The notes under the pieces are model-generated. The model saw only the letters and a program-made list of their open reading frames with translations, had not been told where the DNA came from and searched no databases. Shown in pieces: positions 7,355-16,441 of a DNA stretch of 64,000 nt. The DNA is taken from contig JAEHCQ010000001.1 of assembly GCA_020696385.1 (NCBI GenBank), positions 32,001-96,000 of the forward strand, in the 5' to 3' direction. This stretch comes from Methanobacteriota archaeon (lineage in GTDB: Archaea; Thermoplasmatota; Thermoplasmata; SG8-5; JAGLSY01). Position 1 is the first letter of the stretch, and the number at the start of each line of letters is the position of its first letter. Position numbers and translations under genes: made by a program.

Positions 7355-10300
7355 CTAGCCAGTCATCTCATTGAGGGAATCTTCAGTCTTTTTTGCCCAT
7401 AGCTTCATCCCCATGTCCTTGAACATGCTTTGGGTCTTTTCCAGCTGTTCCCTAGCTCTTTTCGTCTCTCCTATTTTGGACAACATGGTCCCATGATCAT
7501 AGAGCAAAAGGGCCAATTCCTTTTTCATTCCCATACCATCAAGATATTTTATGCCCTTTTCGAACATATCATTGGCCAGTTCCCATTCCTCTTTTGCCGT
7601 GTGAATATTGCCAAGAGTATGGAATTGGAGATCATGATGCTTTTCTCCAAAGTTCTCTTGATTCAGGGCATCAGCCTTCTTCACGTACTCCTCTGCTCGA
7701 TCTATGTCACCCTGCCTCAGCCAGCAATCTGAAAGAAGGTACAAGGTTGAGACCATAATATGGTAGATCTTAATCTCTTCAGCGATGATAAGACTCTCCT
7801 CCAAAAGACCCTTTGCTTTTTCAGGGTCTTCAAAGGTGAGATTGAGCGCCCCCTCCAATAAGAAGATCTCGGCCAGCTGGAACTTGTCCTTGGTGCTGTC
7901 CACCATCTCCCTGACCTTGATGTAGTAATCCATGGAAGTGTCGTAATCGCCTTTGTAATGATAGACAGTCCCCAGATAATTATAGATAAGACTCAGGCCG
8001 TATTTGTCACCCAGATCCTGTTTGATTACCAGACTCTGGCGATAGTATTCCTCTGCGAGGTCAAGCTCCCCTCTTGAAAAATGGACCAATCCTATATTTA
8101 TCAATGATCCGCCAATCGAATATTTAGCTCCTGCCTTTCTTTTTATCTCCAGGCTTCTGCTATGACATTCCAGAGCCTTGTCAAGGTTTCCAATGCTATC
8201 ATGGAGCAAACCCATATTGTTAAGCACCGAGGCTATGCCCATCATATTCTCCATCTCCTCCTCTAGCTCCAGCGATCTGATGTAATGTGGCAGAGCCTTC
8301 ATGTACTGACCTCTCTGATGTCCGATTACCCCGAGGAGCATCTCCGCCATTCCGATCAGACTTTTATCAGATTGTTCTTTGGCAATGGCCAGACACTTGA
8401 TGAAGTATTCTTCAGCGGAATCAAAATCACTCTGCCTCAGCTCGATCCGGCCCATGGAATTGTACAAGAGCGCCTTTACCCGGGATTCACCGCTACCAAC
8501 AAGAGCCAGACCCTTTTCTCCAGCTTCCCTAGCATTATCATATTCGGCCTTGCGAGTGTACACATCCGATATTCTCTCCCAGATAGTGGCCTTCTCCAAG
8601 TTACCGGTCTCTACCTCGAACAGCTTTTGATACTTTTCCAGTGCTTCATCATAATTCCCCAAAAGTGACTGAACGTCCCCCATTCCTTTGATCAGATCGC
8701 GAAGGTCCTCGGGAGAAAGATCAGGAACTTGATGTGATATACTTTCGGCCTGCTGGTAGAATAATAGCGCCTGCTCTGGGGCAAAAGCATTGGCCGCCCT
8801 ATCACCGGCTCTGAAAGAGTATCGGAAGGTCTTATGATATTCCCTCGTATGAGAAAAATGTCTGGCAAGGTCATATGCCACCTCGTCCATCCTGTCGAGA
8901 TAAGTGTCTTCGTAATACTCTCCCAGGCTCTTGTGGTATATGGATTTCCTAATGTCGCCCATTGAGTTGTATACGACATCTTGGATTATGCCGTGCATGA
9001 ACTCGCCATTGTCACCACATTTTTTGATCACCCTGGCCAGTCTAAGCTTTTCGAAGCTATGATCCGGATCTTCCACATTTTTGAAAGCTTGAATGACCGA
9101 TCGGGGAAACACCCTTCCGATACAAGATGCGTATTCTGAAAGGGAAAGGGAATCAGGCTCCAGATTCATTAGTTTGTTTATCACGACCTCTTCGACCGAA
9201 GAAGGGAGAGCTACCTCTTCATTGAGCAACTGGTACTCCTCCTCAATGAAACCGATACTACCATCATCTTTCATCTGCCTGATGACCTCGATCAGGAAAA
9301 ATGGATTTCCGCCACATTGTTCCACGACCTTGTTCACAAAACCAGATTTGAATGAATTGGGGGAACACAGGATATCAAGAAGATCTTTCAGAGATAGGTC
9401 ATCCATTTTATCCAGTTCCAGTAAGGTGGTTCCCTCTCCAGATAGACTTTTGAGGCATGATTTTAGACCACTCTCTTTGGTTGCAGGTGGGCGATTGGTA
9501 CCGACAAGCAATATGTTTTTATCGATCACATTTCTGGCAATGTATTCAAAAGCGAACAGTGAAGGTTCATCAGCCCATTGAAGATCCTCAAGAACAATGA
9601 CCAGTGGTTCGGAACTGGCCAGTTCCACAAGGTGATCCAGTATGAAATTAGATATCCTGTACCTTTCATTAACGAGGTTAACACCTTCCATGTCCCTCCG
9701 TACAAGGAATTTCGTATCTGCCATTATTTTAGTGGCTTCTTCAACTGGAGCCATATCATCAATCTTTCCGGTCCATGAATCGATAAGGGAGCCATGATCC
9801 CTCTCCAGTTCCTGCAGGGTTCGTTTCAGCACCCCCTTCATATCCGGATGCTCCACACCCTGGGTAACGGCGGTCAGGAACAGATGCTCCCCGTGCTCTA
9901 TGAGGATCTTCATGTCTCCATATTCCAGCCTCCCAAGACCTTTGGCCTTATCACCGGTCCGAGAAGGGTCAAAAGAATCCCTTACAAAATTTTGGACAGC
10001 GGACAGCATACCTGCAAAAATGTCAGAATCCAGATCCTTGTCGTCTGATGAGGATTCTCCGATCAGAAGGCCACCACCATTGACAGCAAAGACCTTGGTA
10101 AAAGAAATGTACTCCTCTTCGTGAAATAATGGTCTATCCAATTCATTCTTCAAAAGGCTTGAGAAAAGGTGGAAAGGAATCACCGAATCAGCATCCGCAG
10201 AGCTTACAAGGGTCTTTATCCCATTCTCACAAGTCATAGACTGGAACTCTTCGATCAGTCGGGTCTTTCCAATCCCAGCCTCTCCAGTTATGATTATCGA

Positions 10301-10450
10301 GGAGCCATTACCCTCCATTTGGTTCTGAAGGGCGATGCTGAGAAAACCAATCTCCTCATCCCTGCCAATGATCCTGGATTGGTATGGTTCAGAAACCACT
10401 TTGCAATCGTCGGCATCGACATCAACACATTGATCGCTATTTGACATCAT
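7355..10450 (-). CDS. STAND-like (MalT/AAA_16-type) ATPase with an inserted longin/roadblock-like domain and a C-terminal TPR array
   Basis: IIGRDEE, Walker A GEAGIGKT, Walker B LVIVLEDLQWAD, GGNPFF, LARHF, then about 10 TPR-like repeats. GGAGG RBS before ATG 10450. Confidence 0.8.
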   Translation of the reverse strand: MMSNSDQCVDVDADDCKVVSEPYQSRIIGRDEEIGFLSIALQNQMEGNGSSIIITGEAGIGKTRLIEEFQSMTCENGIKTLVSSADADSVIPFHLFSSLLKNELDRPLFHEEEYISFTKVFAVNGGGLLIGESSSDDKDLDSDIFAGMLSAVQNFVRDSFDPSRTGDKAKGLGRLEYGDMKILIEHGEHLFLTAVTQGVEHPDMKGVLKRTLQELERDHGSLIDSWTGKIDDMAPVEEATKIMADTKFLVRRDMEGVNLVNERYRISNFILDHLVELASSEPLVIVLEDLQWADEPSLFAFEYIARNVIDKNILLVGTNRPPATKESGLKSCLKSLSGEGTTLLELDKMDDLSLKDLLDILCSPNSFKSGFVNKVVEQCGGNPFFLIEVIRQMKDDGSIGFIEEEYQLLNEEVALPSSVEEVVINKLMNLEPDSLSLSEYASCIGRVFPRSVIQAFKNVEDPDHSFEKLRLARVIKKCGDNGEFMHGIIQDVVYNSMGDIRKSIYHKSLGEYYEDTYLDRMDEVAYDLARHFSHTREYHKTFRYSFRAGDRAANAFAPEQALLFYQQAESISHQVPDLSPEDLRDLIKGMGDVQSLLGNYDEALEKYQKLFEVETGNLEKATIWERISDVYTRKAEYDNAREAGEKGLALVGSGESRVKALLYNSMGRIELRQSDFDSAEEYFIKCLAIAKEQSDKSLIGMAEMLLGVIGHQRGQYMKALPHYIRSLELEEEMENMMGIASVLNNMGLLHDSIGNLDKALECHSRSLEIKRKAGAKYSIGGSLINIGLVHFSRGELDLAEEYYRQSLVIKQDLGDKYGLSLIYNYLGTVYHYKGDYDTSMDYYIKVREMVDSTKDKFQLAEIFLLEGALNLTFEDPEKAKGLLEESLIIAEEIKIYHIMVSTLYLLSDCWLRQGDIDRAEEYVKKADALNQENFGEKHHDLQFHTLGNIHTAKEEWELANDMFEKGIKYLDGMGMKKELALLLYDHGTMLSKIGETKRAREQLEKTQSMFKDMGMKLWAKKTEDSLNEMTG

Positions 10451-10554
10451 GATCCTCCAGGCAATGGGAATAGAGAACTGGATAGAAATAATTGTCCCCA
10501 ACTGCCCCCCCTAATTTTTGAGGTTCTCATAATCACTTATTAGGTTCACATTGC

Positions 10555-11871
10555 TCAAAGCCCATCTAAAAATGATGGATCGGAGGCTCTATAGATATAG
10601 GTCATCTTGTCATGCAATTCTATGACCGCACTTCCATTCTCGAACTCACTGGCATAAGGGTTGTCAGGATTATCCAACCAGTTATCGAAGGCCATGTGGA
10701 ATTCATCAACATCCGAATAGAAGTCCCATTCGATGATCCAACAGCTAAGCCAGTCTTCCTGGTTCTCGTAATAAAAGAAGCTATCACCACCCCAGCCAGC
10801 TGCTGCAATTGCGGCCTCAGAGGCAGGGATATAGCGTTCCAACATTATGGAGACCATGTATTCTCCAAGTGTATCATTTAGAGTTAGACCAAGGCCACTA
10901 ATATTGTCTGGAGCGAATATGTTTATTTGTACAGGCATCTCACCTGACTGGTATTTATCAAAATGCAATATCTGTTCTGTGGAGATCGGGGCTGTCTCGT
11001 ACGCTCCGTCAATACCATCCCAACCATTCTGGCCATACAGCTTCTGAGCAAAGGTCATTCCTTCAAGATATGGGAAGGACATGAGTTTCTCAATGGCATA
11101 GGGGATCTCCGGAGTTTCAGTTCCTTCCATGCCATACATGGAAGATGCCAGCTCCAATTGCTCAGATGTAGACAGGGAAAGGATATACTGTATCATCATG
11201 AAGGAAGCATCTCCCTCCACAAGGGCCTCCATGGCCGATGACTCGTCCCATGTATCGCCAGTGAAATTACTTAGATCAAAATGCTGGTCCTGCAAAGCAT
11301 GTGTGAACTCGTGTACCATTATGATGGTATCGAAATCAGAAGAAGAGCCAGTATCAATTATCACCATCTCCTTTGATTCCGAATCATAGTATCCGAGGAC
11401 CTGTTCTGTAAGAGCATCAGTATATGCGGGAGCCAATTCATCAATGGAATCTATCAGGAATATGGAATACAGGACACGCGCGGATTCATTGAGAGCTTCT
11501 TGATCCAGCATATCGCCCATTGCGACCTCCAGATCTTCCTCGGTCATGTATCTGTATGTGATGTCCTCAAGAGCTTCCAAGTCTCTGACCTCGGCAATGT
11601 CCTGGATCGTGATGTCCATTGTATTATCATCATCATCACCCGATGAACCAACACCATCCAGGAGTACCAGGAAAGCAAAGGGTGCGGTGAACAATAATAT
11701 TATTACAATAAGAGCGAGCCAGCTCTTTTTTTTCTTGGAGGGAGGTATGGTTATCCCGGGATATTCAGGATTAAGTGGAGGTTCCGCATTGACCTCCACT
11801 TCCGGTTGTGGCGATGGGTCAATGGATACATTATCTTCGGCCACATGAACAGCCTCATCCCTATTTTCCAT
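10555..11871 (-). CDS. Membrane-anchored extracellular zinc metalloprotease-like protein (Hvo_1808-like)
   Basis: N-terminal TM after KKKK; GYYD, HEFTHALQDQHF, EGDA, FPYLEG, STEQILH, AAAGWGGD. Confidence 0.75.
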   Translation of the reverse strand: MENRDEAVHVAEDNVSIDPSPQPEVEVNAEPPLNPEYPGITIPPSKKKKSWLALIVIILLFTAPFAFLVLLDGVGSSGDDDDNTMDITIQDIAEVRDLEALEDITYRYMTEEDLEVAMGDMLDQEALNESARVLYSIFLIDSIDELAPAYTDALTEQVLGYYDSESKEMVIIDTGSSSDFDTIIMVHEFTHALQDQHFDLSNFTGDTWDESSAMEALVEGDASFMMIQYILSLSTSEQLELASSMYGMEGTETPEIPYAIEKLMSFPYLEGMTFAQKLYGQNGWDGIDGAYETAPISTEQILHFDKYQSGEMPVQINIFAPDNISGLGLTLNDTLGEYMVSIMLERYIPASEAAIAAAGWGGDSFFYYENQEDWLSCWIIEWDFYSDVDEFHMAFDNWLDNPDNPYASEFENGSAVIELHDKMTYIYRASDPSFLDGL

Positions 11872-12020
11872 GGATAATCATTATCCTTTGATATTATAAA
11901 ACTATGTCACCATAAATGATCATTGTTATACATCTAAAATGTCAACTATAGTATTCTATGATAATAACCCTTATTTAGTCCATCAGCATCCCCCACCTTT
12001 AACTACTAATCAAAGGTGGT

Positions 12021-12106
12021 TTTGAATGCGAGAGCAAAGCGATTGCATTCAAAACTTCGAAAGAATCGAAGTTTTAAATACACGAACCGAGTTCGCGTAT
12101 TCAAGA
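12021..12106 (+). repeat. Structured leader element family A, copy 2
   Basis: TTGAATGC/GCATTCAA, AACTTCGA/TCGAAGTT, TTAAATACACGAAC/GTTCGCGTATTCAA. Aligns with the reverse complement of 6034-6120. Confidence 0.75.
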
Positions 12107-12138
12107 GTCCGAGAGATTCAAAATGGAGGAATCTAGAT

Positions 12139-13263
12139 ATGGCAAAATATAAGATAGCTTGGCTACCCGGAGACGGGATAGGTGCAGAGGTTATGGAAGC
12201 GGCCCGTATAGTCCTTGACGAAGTGGGTCTGGATGCGGAGTACATCCCAGGAGATATCGGTTGGGAGTTCTGGAAGTCTGAAGGCAATCCAATGCCTGAT
12301 AGGACCATCGAACTTCTGAGAAGTACTGATTGTTGTCTGTTTGGAGCTATCACTTCCAAGCCAAAAGAGGAGGCAGCCAAGGAACTGGATCCTTCGCTTC
12401 AGGGAAAGGGATTTGTTTATTCCAGTCCAATCGTGGGCATGAGACAATTACTCAATATGCACACAAATATGCGCCCATGCAAAGCATTCCCAACCAATCC
12501 TGCTAACTTTAGAGATGGCATAGACATCACAGTGTTTAGGGAAAACACCGAGGGTCTTTACGCAGGTGTGGAATTCCATCCACTCCCAGAAAACCTGAGG
12601 AACTCGCTGAAGGAACATAATCCAAAGATGGCGAAGTTCGATTTCGCGGCCAATGACGAGATCGCCGTATCACTCAGAATTATTACAAAACGCGGAGCTA
12701 CCAACATTATCACCAGTGCCTTTGAATATGCCAGAAAGATGGGCAAGAAGAAGGTCACTGTGGCTGAGAAGCCAAATGTCATAAGGGAAACATCTGGCCT
12801 GTTCCTGAGGACCGCCAGAGAGATCCATAAGAATTATCCAGAGATCGAGATGGAAGAGAACAATATCGACGCTATCGCAATGTGGCTGGTCAAGAACCCA
12901 GAGGATTATGAGGTTATAGTCACAAGTAATCTGTTCGGTGATATTTTGTCGGATATAACCGGCATGCTGACCGGAGGAATGGGCACAAGTGCAGCGGCCA
13001 ATATTGGAGATGATTATGCGGTGTTCGAACCAACCCATGGTTCAGCTCCGAAATATATCGGAATGTACAAAGTCAACCCGATAGCCCAGATTATGTCAGC
13101 CAAGCTCATGCTGGACTGGCTAGGCGAGACAGAGAAGGCAGATAAGATCTACAATGCGATCGCCAAGGTCATCGTGGAGAAGAAAGTTCTCACATACGAC
13201 ATGGGCGGAACTGCCAGTACACTCGAAGTGGCAAAAGAGATAGCATCAAAGCTGGGTCAGTAA
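12139..13263 (+). CDS. Isocitrate/isopropylmalate (beta-hydroxyacid) dehydrogenase family protein
   Basis: LPGDGIGAEV, RENTEGLY, NLFGDILSD, FEPTHGSAPKY. Start MAKYK after GGAGG. Confidence 0.9.
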   Translation: MAKYKIAWLPGDGIGAEVMEAARIVLDEVGLDAEYIPGDIGWEFWKSEGNPMPDRTIELLRSTDCCLFGAITSKPKEEAAKELDPSLQGKGFVYSSPIVGMRQLLNMHTNMRPCKAFPTNPANFRDGIDITVFRENTEGLYAGVEFHPLPENLRNSLKEHNPKMAKFDFAANDEIAVSLRIITKRGATNIITSAFEYARKMGKKKVTVAEKPNVIRETSGLFLRTAREIHKNYPEIEMEENNIDAIAMWLVKNPEDYEVIVTSNLFGDILSDITGMLTGGMGTSAAANIGDDYAVFEPTHGSAPKYIGMYKVNPIAQIMSAKLMLDWLGETEKADKIYNAIAKVIVEKKVLTYDMGGTASTLEVAKEIASKLGQ

Positions 13264-14070
13264 ATGGCCGGCTTCAGCTATTGCACCCTGGGAAGCGGAA
13301 GCAGTGGTAATTCCCTCGCTGTTTGGGACAGCGAGGGGCTTTTCCTTGTAGATGCGGGCTTCAGTGGAAAGGAGATAAAGAAAAGACTGGATGCAATAGG
13401 CCAGGCTCCGGAAGATATCACCGCCCTTGTCATCACTCATGACCATGGAGATCACGTTAAGGGCGCCGGTGTTCTGAGCCGAAGATATGATATTCCCATC
13501 TATGCCACGAGAAAAGTGCTGGATGGGAAATTTTTCAATAAGGAGAGACTGAGCGCGGAGAAGGAGATCAAGCCCGATAAGAAGTTCACCATTGGTAACT
13601 TCGAGATCCTTGGTTTCGAAGTCCCACATGATGCTAGCCAGACCCTGGGATATAGGATCCAGAGCAATGGCAGTCGCATGGCCATCGCCACTGATATCGG
13701 GCATATGCCAGAGAGAGTGATCCCCATCCTGAAGGGGTGTAATGGACTTGTTCTAGAATCAAATCATGATATCGAAATGCTGAAGAACGGGCCATATCCG
13801 GCTTATCTGAAAAGACGGATATTGAGCGAAACCGGACACTTGCCGAATACCGAGAGCGGTGATGTTCTCATCAAGGTCATCGGACCAGAGACAAAGCATG
13901 TGACACTGGCTCATCTGAGCGAGGAGAATAATACCCCGGAAGTCGCACTGGAAACTGTCAAGACCATCCTGTCAAGCAATAAGGTCAATGAGGTCACGGT
14001 CATCCCGGCCAGCCAGGAAGAGGTTGGCGACGTGGTGGATCTAAGGCGACCCTTTGCCCATTCTTCTTGA
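13264..14070 (+). CDS. Metallo-beta-lactamase-fold hydrolase (YycJ/WalJ-like)
   Basis: LGSGSSGN, THDHGDH, PHDA, LESNHD, AHLSEENN. Confidence 0.85.
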   Translation: MAGFSYCTLGSGSSGNSLAVWDSEGLFLVDAGFSGKEIKKRLDAIGQAPEDITALVITHDHGDHVKGAGVLSRRYDIPIYATRKVLDGKFFNKERLSAEKEIKPDKKFTIGNFEILGFEVPHDASQTLGYRIQSNGSRMAIATDIGHMPERVIPILKGCNGLVLESNHDIEMLKNGPYPAYLKRRILSETGHLPNTESGDVLIKVIGPETKHVTLAHLSEENNTPEVALETVKTILSSNKVNEVTVIPASQEEVGDVVDLRRPFAHSS

Positions 14071-14163
14071 TCATATTATTCAGTAACTTATTTTATCAGG
14101 TTCGTCTATTGTGCTATAACAGATTAAGCTCCAACACTAGAGGGGCCATTGAATGGTGATAAA

Positions 14164-14685
14164 ATGGACAAAGGTATAGAGATCGTTGCAGAGTTGATGA
14201 GGATAGCGGCCATAACCGCGCCAAAGGCCATTGGCCAGGATTATGTCGAGGTCAAGATAGCCACTGAGGAAGAGATCGGTAGGATGGTCGATGACATGCT
14301 GAGGATCGCGAGAGAGGAGAACAGTCCTGGCTTCGAGCGCGATGCAAATAATCTGCTGACATCCGGGGGCCTGGTCCTGATAGGCGTGCGCGATCACAAA
14401 GGAATAGGGCTCAATTGCGGATCATGTGGTTTCGACACATGCGCGGAATTCAATGCCAGACCTCGCACAGACAGAGTGCTCAATGGACCAAATTGCATGC
14501 TGAGACTTCTTGACATGGGCATAGCATTGGGTAGTGCGGCCAAGACCGCGCAAATAAACAATGTGGACAATAGGATAATGTACCGAATTGGAGTCGCGGC
14601 CAAGAACGCTGGCGTGATGGATTCCAATGTCATAATGGGAATACCTCTTAGTGTTAGTAGCAAGAGCATTTATTATGACAGATAA
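14164..14685 (+). CDS. DUF2148 ferredoxin-domain-containing protein
   Basis: AAITAPKA, LNCGSCGFDTC, GPNC, DMGIALGSA, VDNRIMY, KSIYYDR. Confidence 0.8.
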   Translation: MDKGIEIVAELMRIAAITAPKAIGQDYVEVKIATEEEIGRMVDDMLRIAREENSPGFERDANNLLTSGGLVLIGVRDHKGIGLNCGSCGFDTCAEFNARPRTDRVLNGPNCMLRLLDMGIALGSAAKTAQINNVDNRIMYRIGVAAKNAGVMDSNVIMGIPLSVSSKSIYYDR

Positions 14686-14707
14686 TGGATGATAGAAAAA
14701 TAGCGGA

Positions 14708-15508
14708 TCATGTTCTTTCATGTCTTGTTTTATTACGCTTGAACTCCCTATCCAGCTTAACGAGATTATCCTTCACCTTTCCAACATTGGTGCCGTCAAG
14801 CAAGTACATGGATGACTTTTTCATGTCGGCCAGTTGATTTCTCATCACCACTCCAAACCAGCTTCTCTTCTCATTGATATAAGTTCCACCACAAAGATCA
14901 TTGAAGGCGGGCATCATGATGTACTTGCCACCTATTTCATCATACCTATCCGCGCACTTCTTCTTATCCCATTCACCACGTAGCCAGCACTTCATCGTGC
15001 CGCGTGTTTCCAGATTGTCAAGAAATAGGGTCGTTGGGTGGTAGTGACCGAATATCACAGTCTCGGAGGCCATGACCTCCTCCAAGGGCCATGCATGGCC
15101 ATGCCATATTCCGATGTCGGCATCATCCAGTTTCATCCCGCTGGATGGGTGCACCTTCACCCCGGATGGCACGAAATGTTCAATATTGCCGTCGTGGTTT
15201 CCCTTTGTTATGTGAAGCTCATCGACATGAGCCAGTATGTCCCGGAAGAACAAGGGAAGCTCCCTCTCTTCCTGGTAGCTGTGGCCTGGAACCTGGTGTT
15301 TCACATCACCAGCCAGTACAAGCCTTTTAACATCATTGTCCTTCAGGAGCTGAAGTATCTTCTTCTTCAGCTCATTTGTGCCACTGGGTATCTCCGCCCC
15401 GGCCTTGAATATCTCATATTCGATACCGATGTGAATGTCGGCAATTATCATGGTCGACAGTTCTTCAATCAAAAGAACTGGTTCGCCATGGATCGGCATG
15501 ATGTCCAT
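14708..15508 (-). CDS. Calcineurin-like metallophosphoesterase (COG1407-like), paralog 1
   Basis: ADIHIG, GDVKH, GNHD, HGH, GHYHP, MPAFN. Confidence 0.85.
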   Translation of the reverse strand: MDIMPIHGEPVLLIEELSTMIIADIHIGIEYEIFKAGAEIPSGTNELKKKILQLLKDNDVKRLVLAGDVKHQVPGHSYQEERELPLFFRDILAHVDELHITKGNHDGNIEHFVPSGVKVHPSSGMKLDDADIGIWHGHAWPLEEVMASETVIFGHYHPTTLFLDNLETRGTMKCWLRGEWDKKKCADRYDEIGGKYIMMPAFNDLCGGTYINEKRSWFGVVMRNQLADMKKSSMYLLDGTNVGKVKDNLVKLDREFKRNKTRHERT

Positions 15509-15582
15509 GATTCATGGAAAGCCAGATTCTCATTAAAACTCTTTGCCCTATATCACAAACAGTAGCCAGGCCATAAGATCGT

Positions 15583-16347
15583 TCAATAGCCCCTGATGTC
15601 ATCATCCTCATCGATATGATCCCCGACCATTCCAAAATCCATTATCTCGCCCTCGCCAGTAGCATATATCCTGGCTTTCGAAACATCCAGCTCCCGCAAT
15701 TCCTCTATCATGAAATTGCGGTTTGGTGCTATGACGTTTGTACCGGATGCCAGCGGACTGAAAGCAGGCATGATAATAAATTTATTTGTTTTGCCATATA
15801 AAAAGCAAGGCATGGTTATTCTGGCTCCGATCTCATCTCTAAGTCTAAGGACTGGATGCTCGTGACCGTATATGGTGATTATACTTTCATCATAGGTAGC
15901 CAATGACTTACTGGAAAGGTGTCCATGAGTTATCTGAAAGTTATCTATACTGTAACTGTCAGCCATCTCCACATCGCGTTTACTGATTATCGTCTTCAGG
16001 AAATTATCATGGTTTCCCCTGACAAATTTGACACTGGCTCCCTTATCATTTATGAAGTCAATTAGCTGGAATACCTCATCCCATTCCTGCCCCAGATTCC
16101 TCGCAAATTCGTGTTTGATATCGCCATTTATGATGACCTGGCTCGGAGAAAAATGATCCATCGCATTACCGAGAGTTTCCAGGATCTGTTTGAACTGGAA
16201 ATCTGGTATGGCCACTCCCTCAGCCCTCATGGATGCCTCATATCCCACATGCAGATCGGAGATCACCATGGTCTCGGATCTGGGGATGAGGATCGTATTG
16301 TACGAACTGAGGATGATACCATTTGGGAGTTTGATCTCAGTTCTCAT
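15583..16347 (-). CDS. Calcineurin-like metallophosphoesterase (COG1407-like), paralog 2
   Basis: SDLHVG, GDIKH, GNHD, THGH, GHEHP, MPAFSP. Start MRTEIK. Confidence 0.85.
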   Translation of the reverse strand: MRTEIKLPNGIILSSYNTILIPRSETMVISDLHVGYEASMRAEGVAIPDFQFKQILETLGNAMDHFSPSQVIINGDIKHEFARNLGQEWDEVFQLIDFINDKGASVKFVRGNHDNFLKTIISKRDVEMADSYSIDNFQITHGHLSSKSLATYDESIITIYGHEHPVLRLRDEIGARITMPCFLYGKTNKFIIMPAFSPLASGTNVIAPNRNFMIEELRELDVSKARIYATGEGEIMDFGMVGDHIDEDDDIRGY

Positions 16348-16441
16348 ATTATCCCATAATGGAACAATGGTAAAAAACCTTAAGTGCATAATTATATATG
16401 TTGGAGCAGCAATAATTGAAATATATCACTGGTGGAACAAG

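Noticed and set aside
16190-16441. Longer start for the TPR protein
   Set aside because: Overlaps the opposite-strand phosphoesterase gene; 16442 is more plausible.
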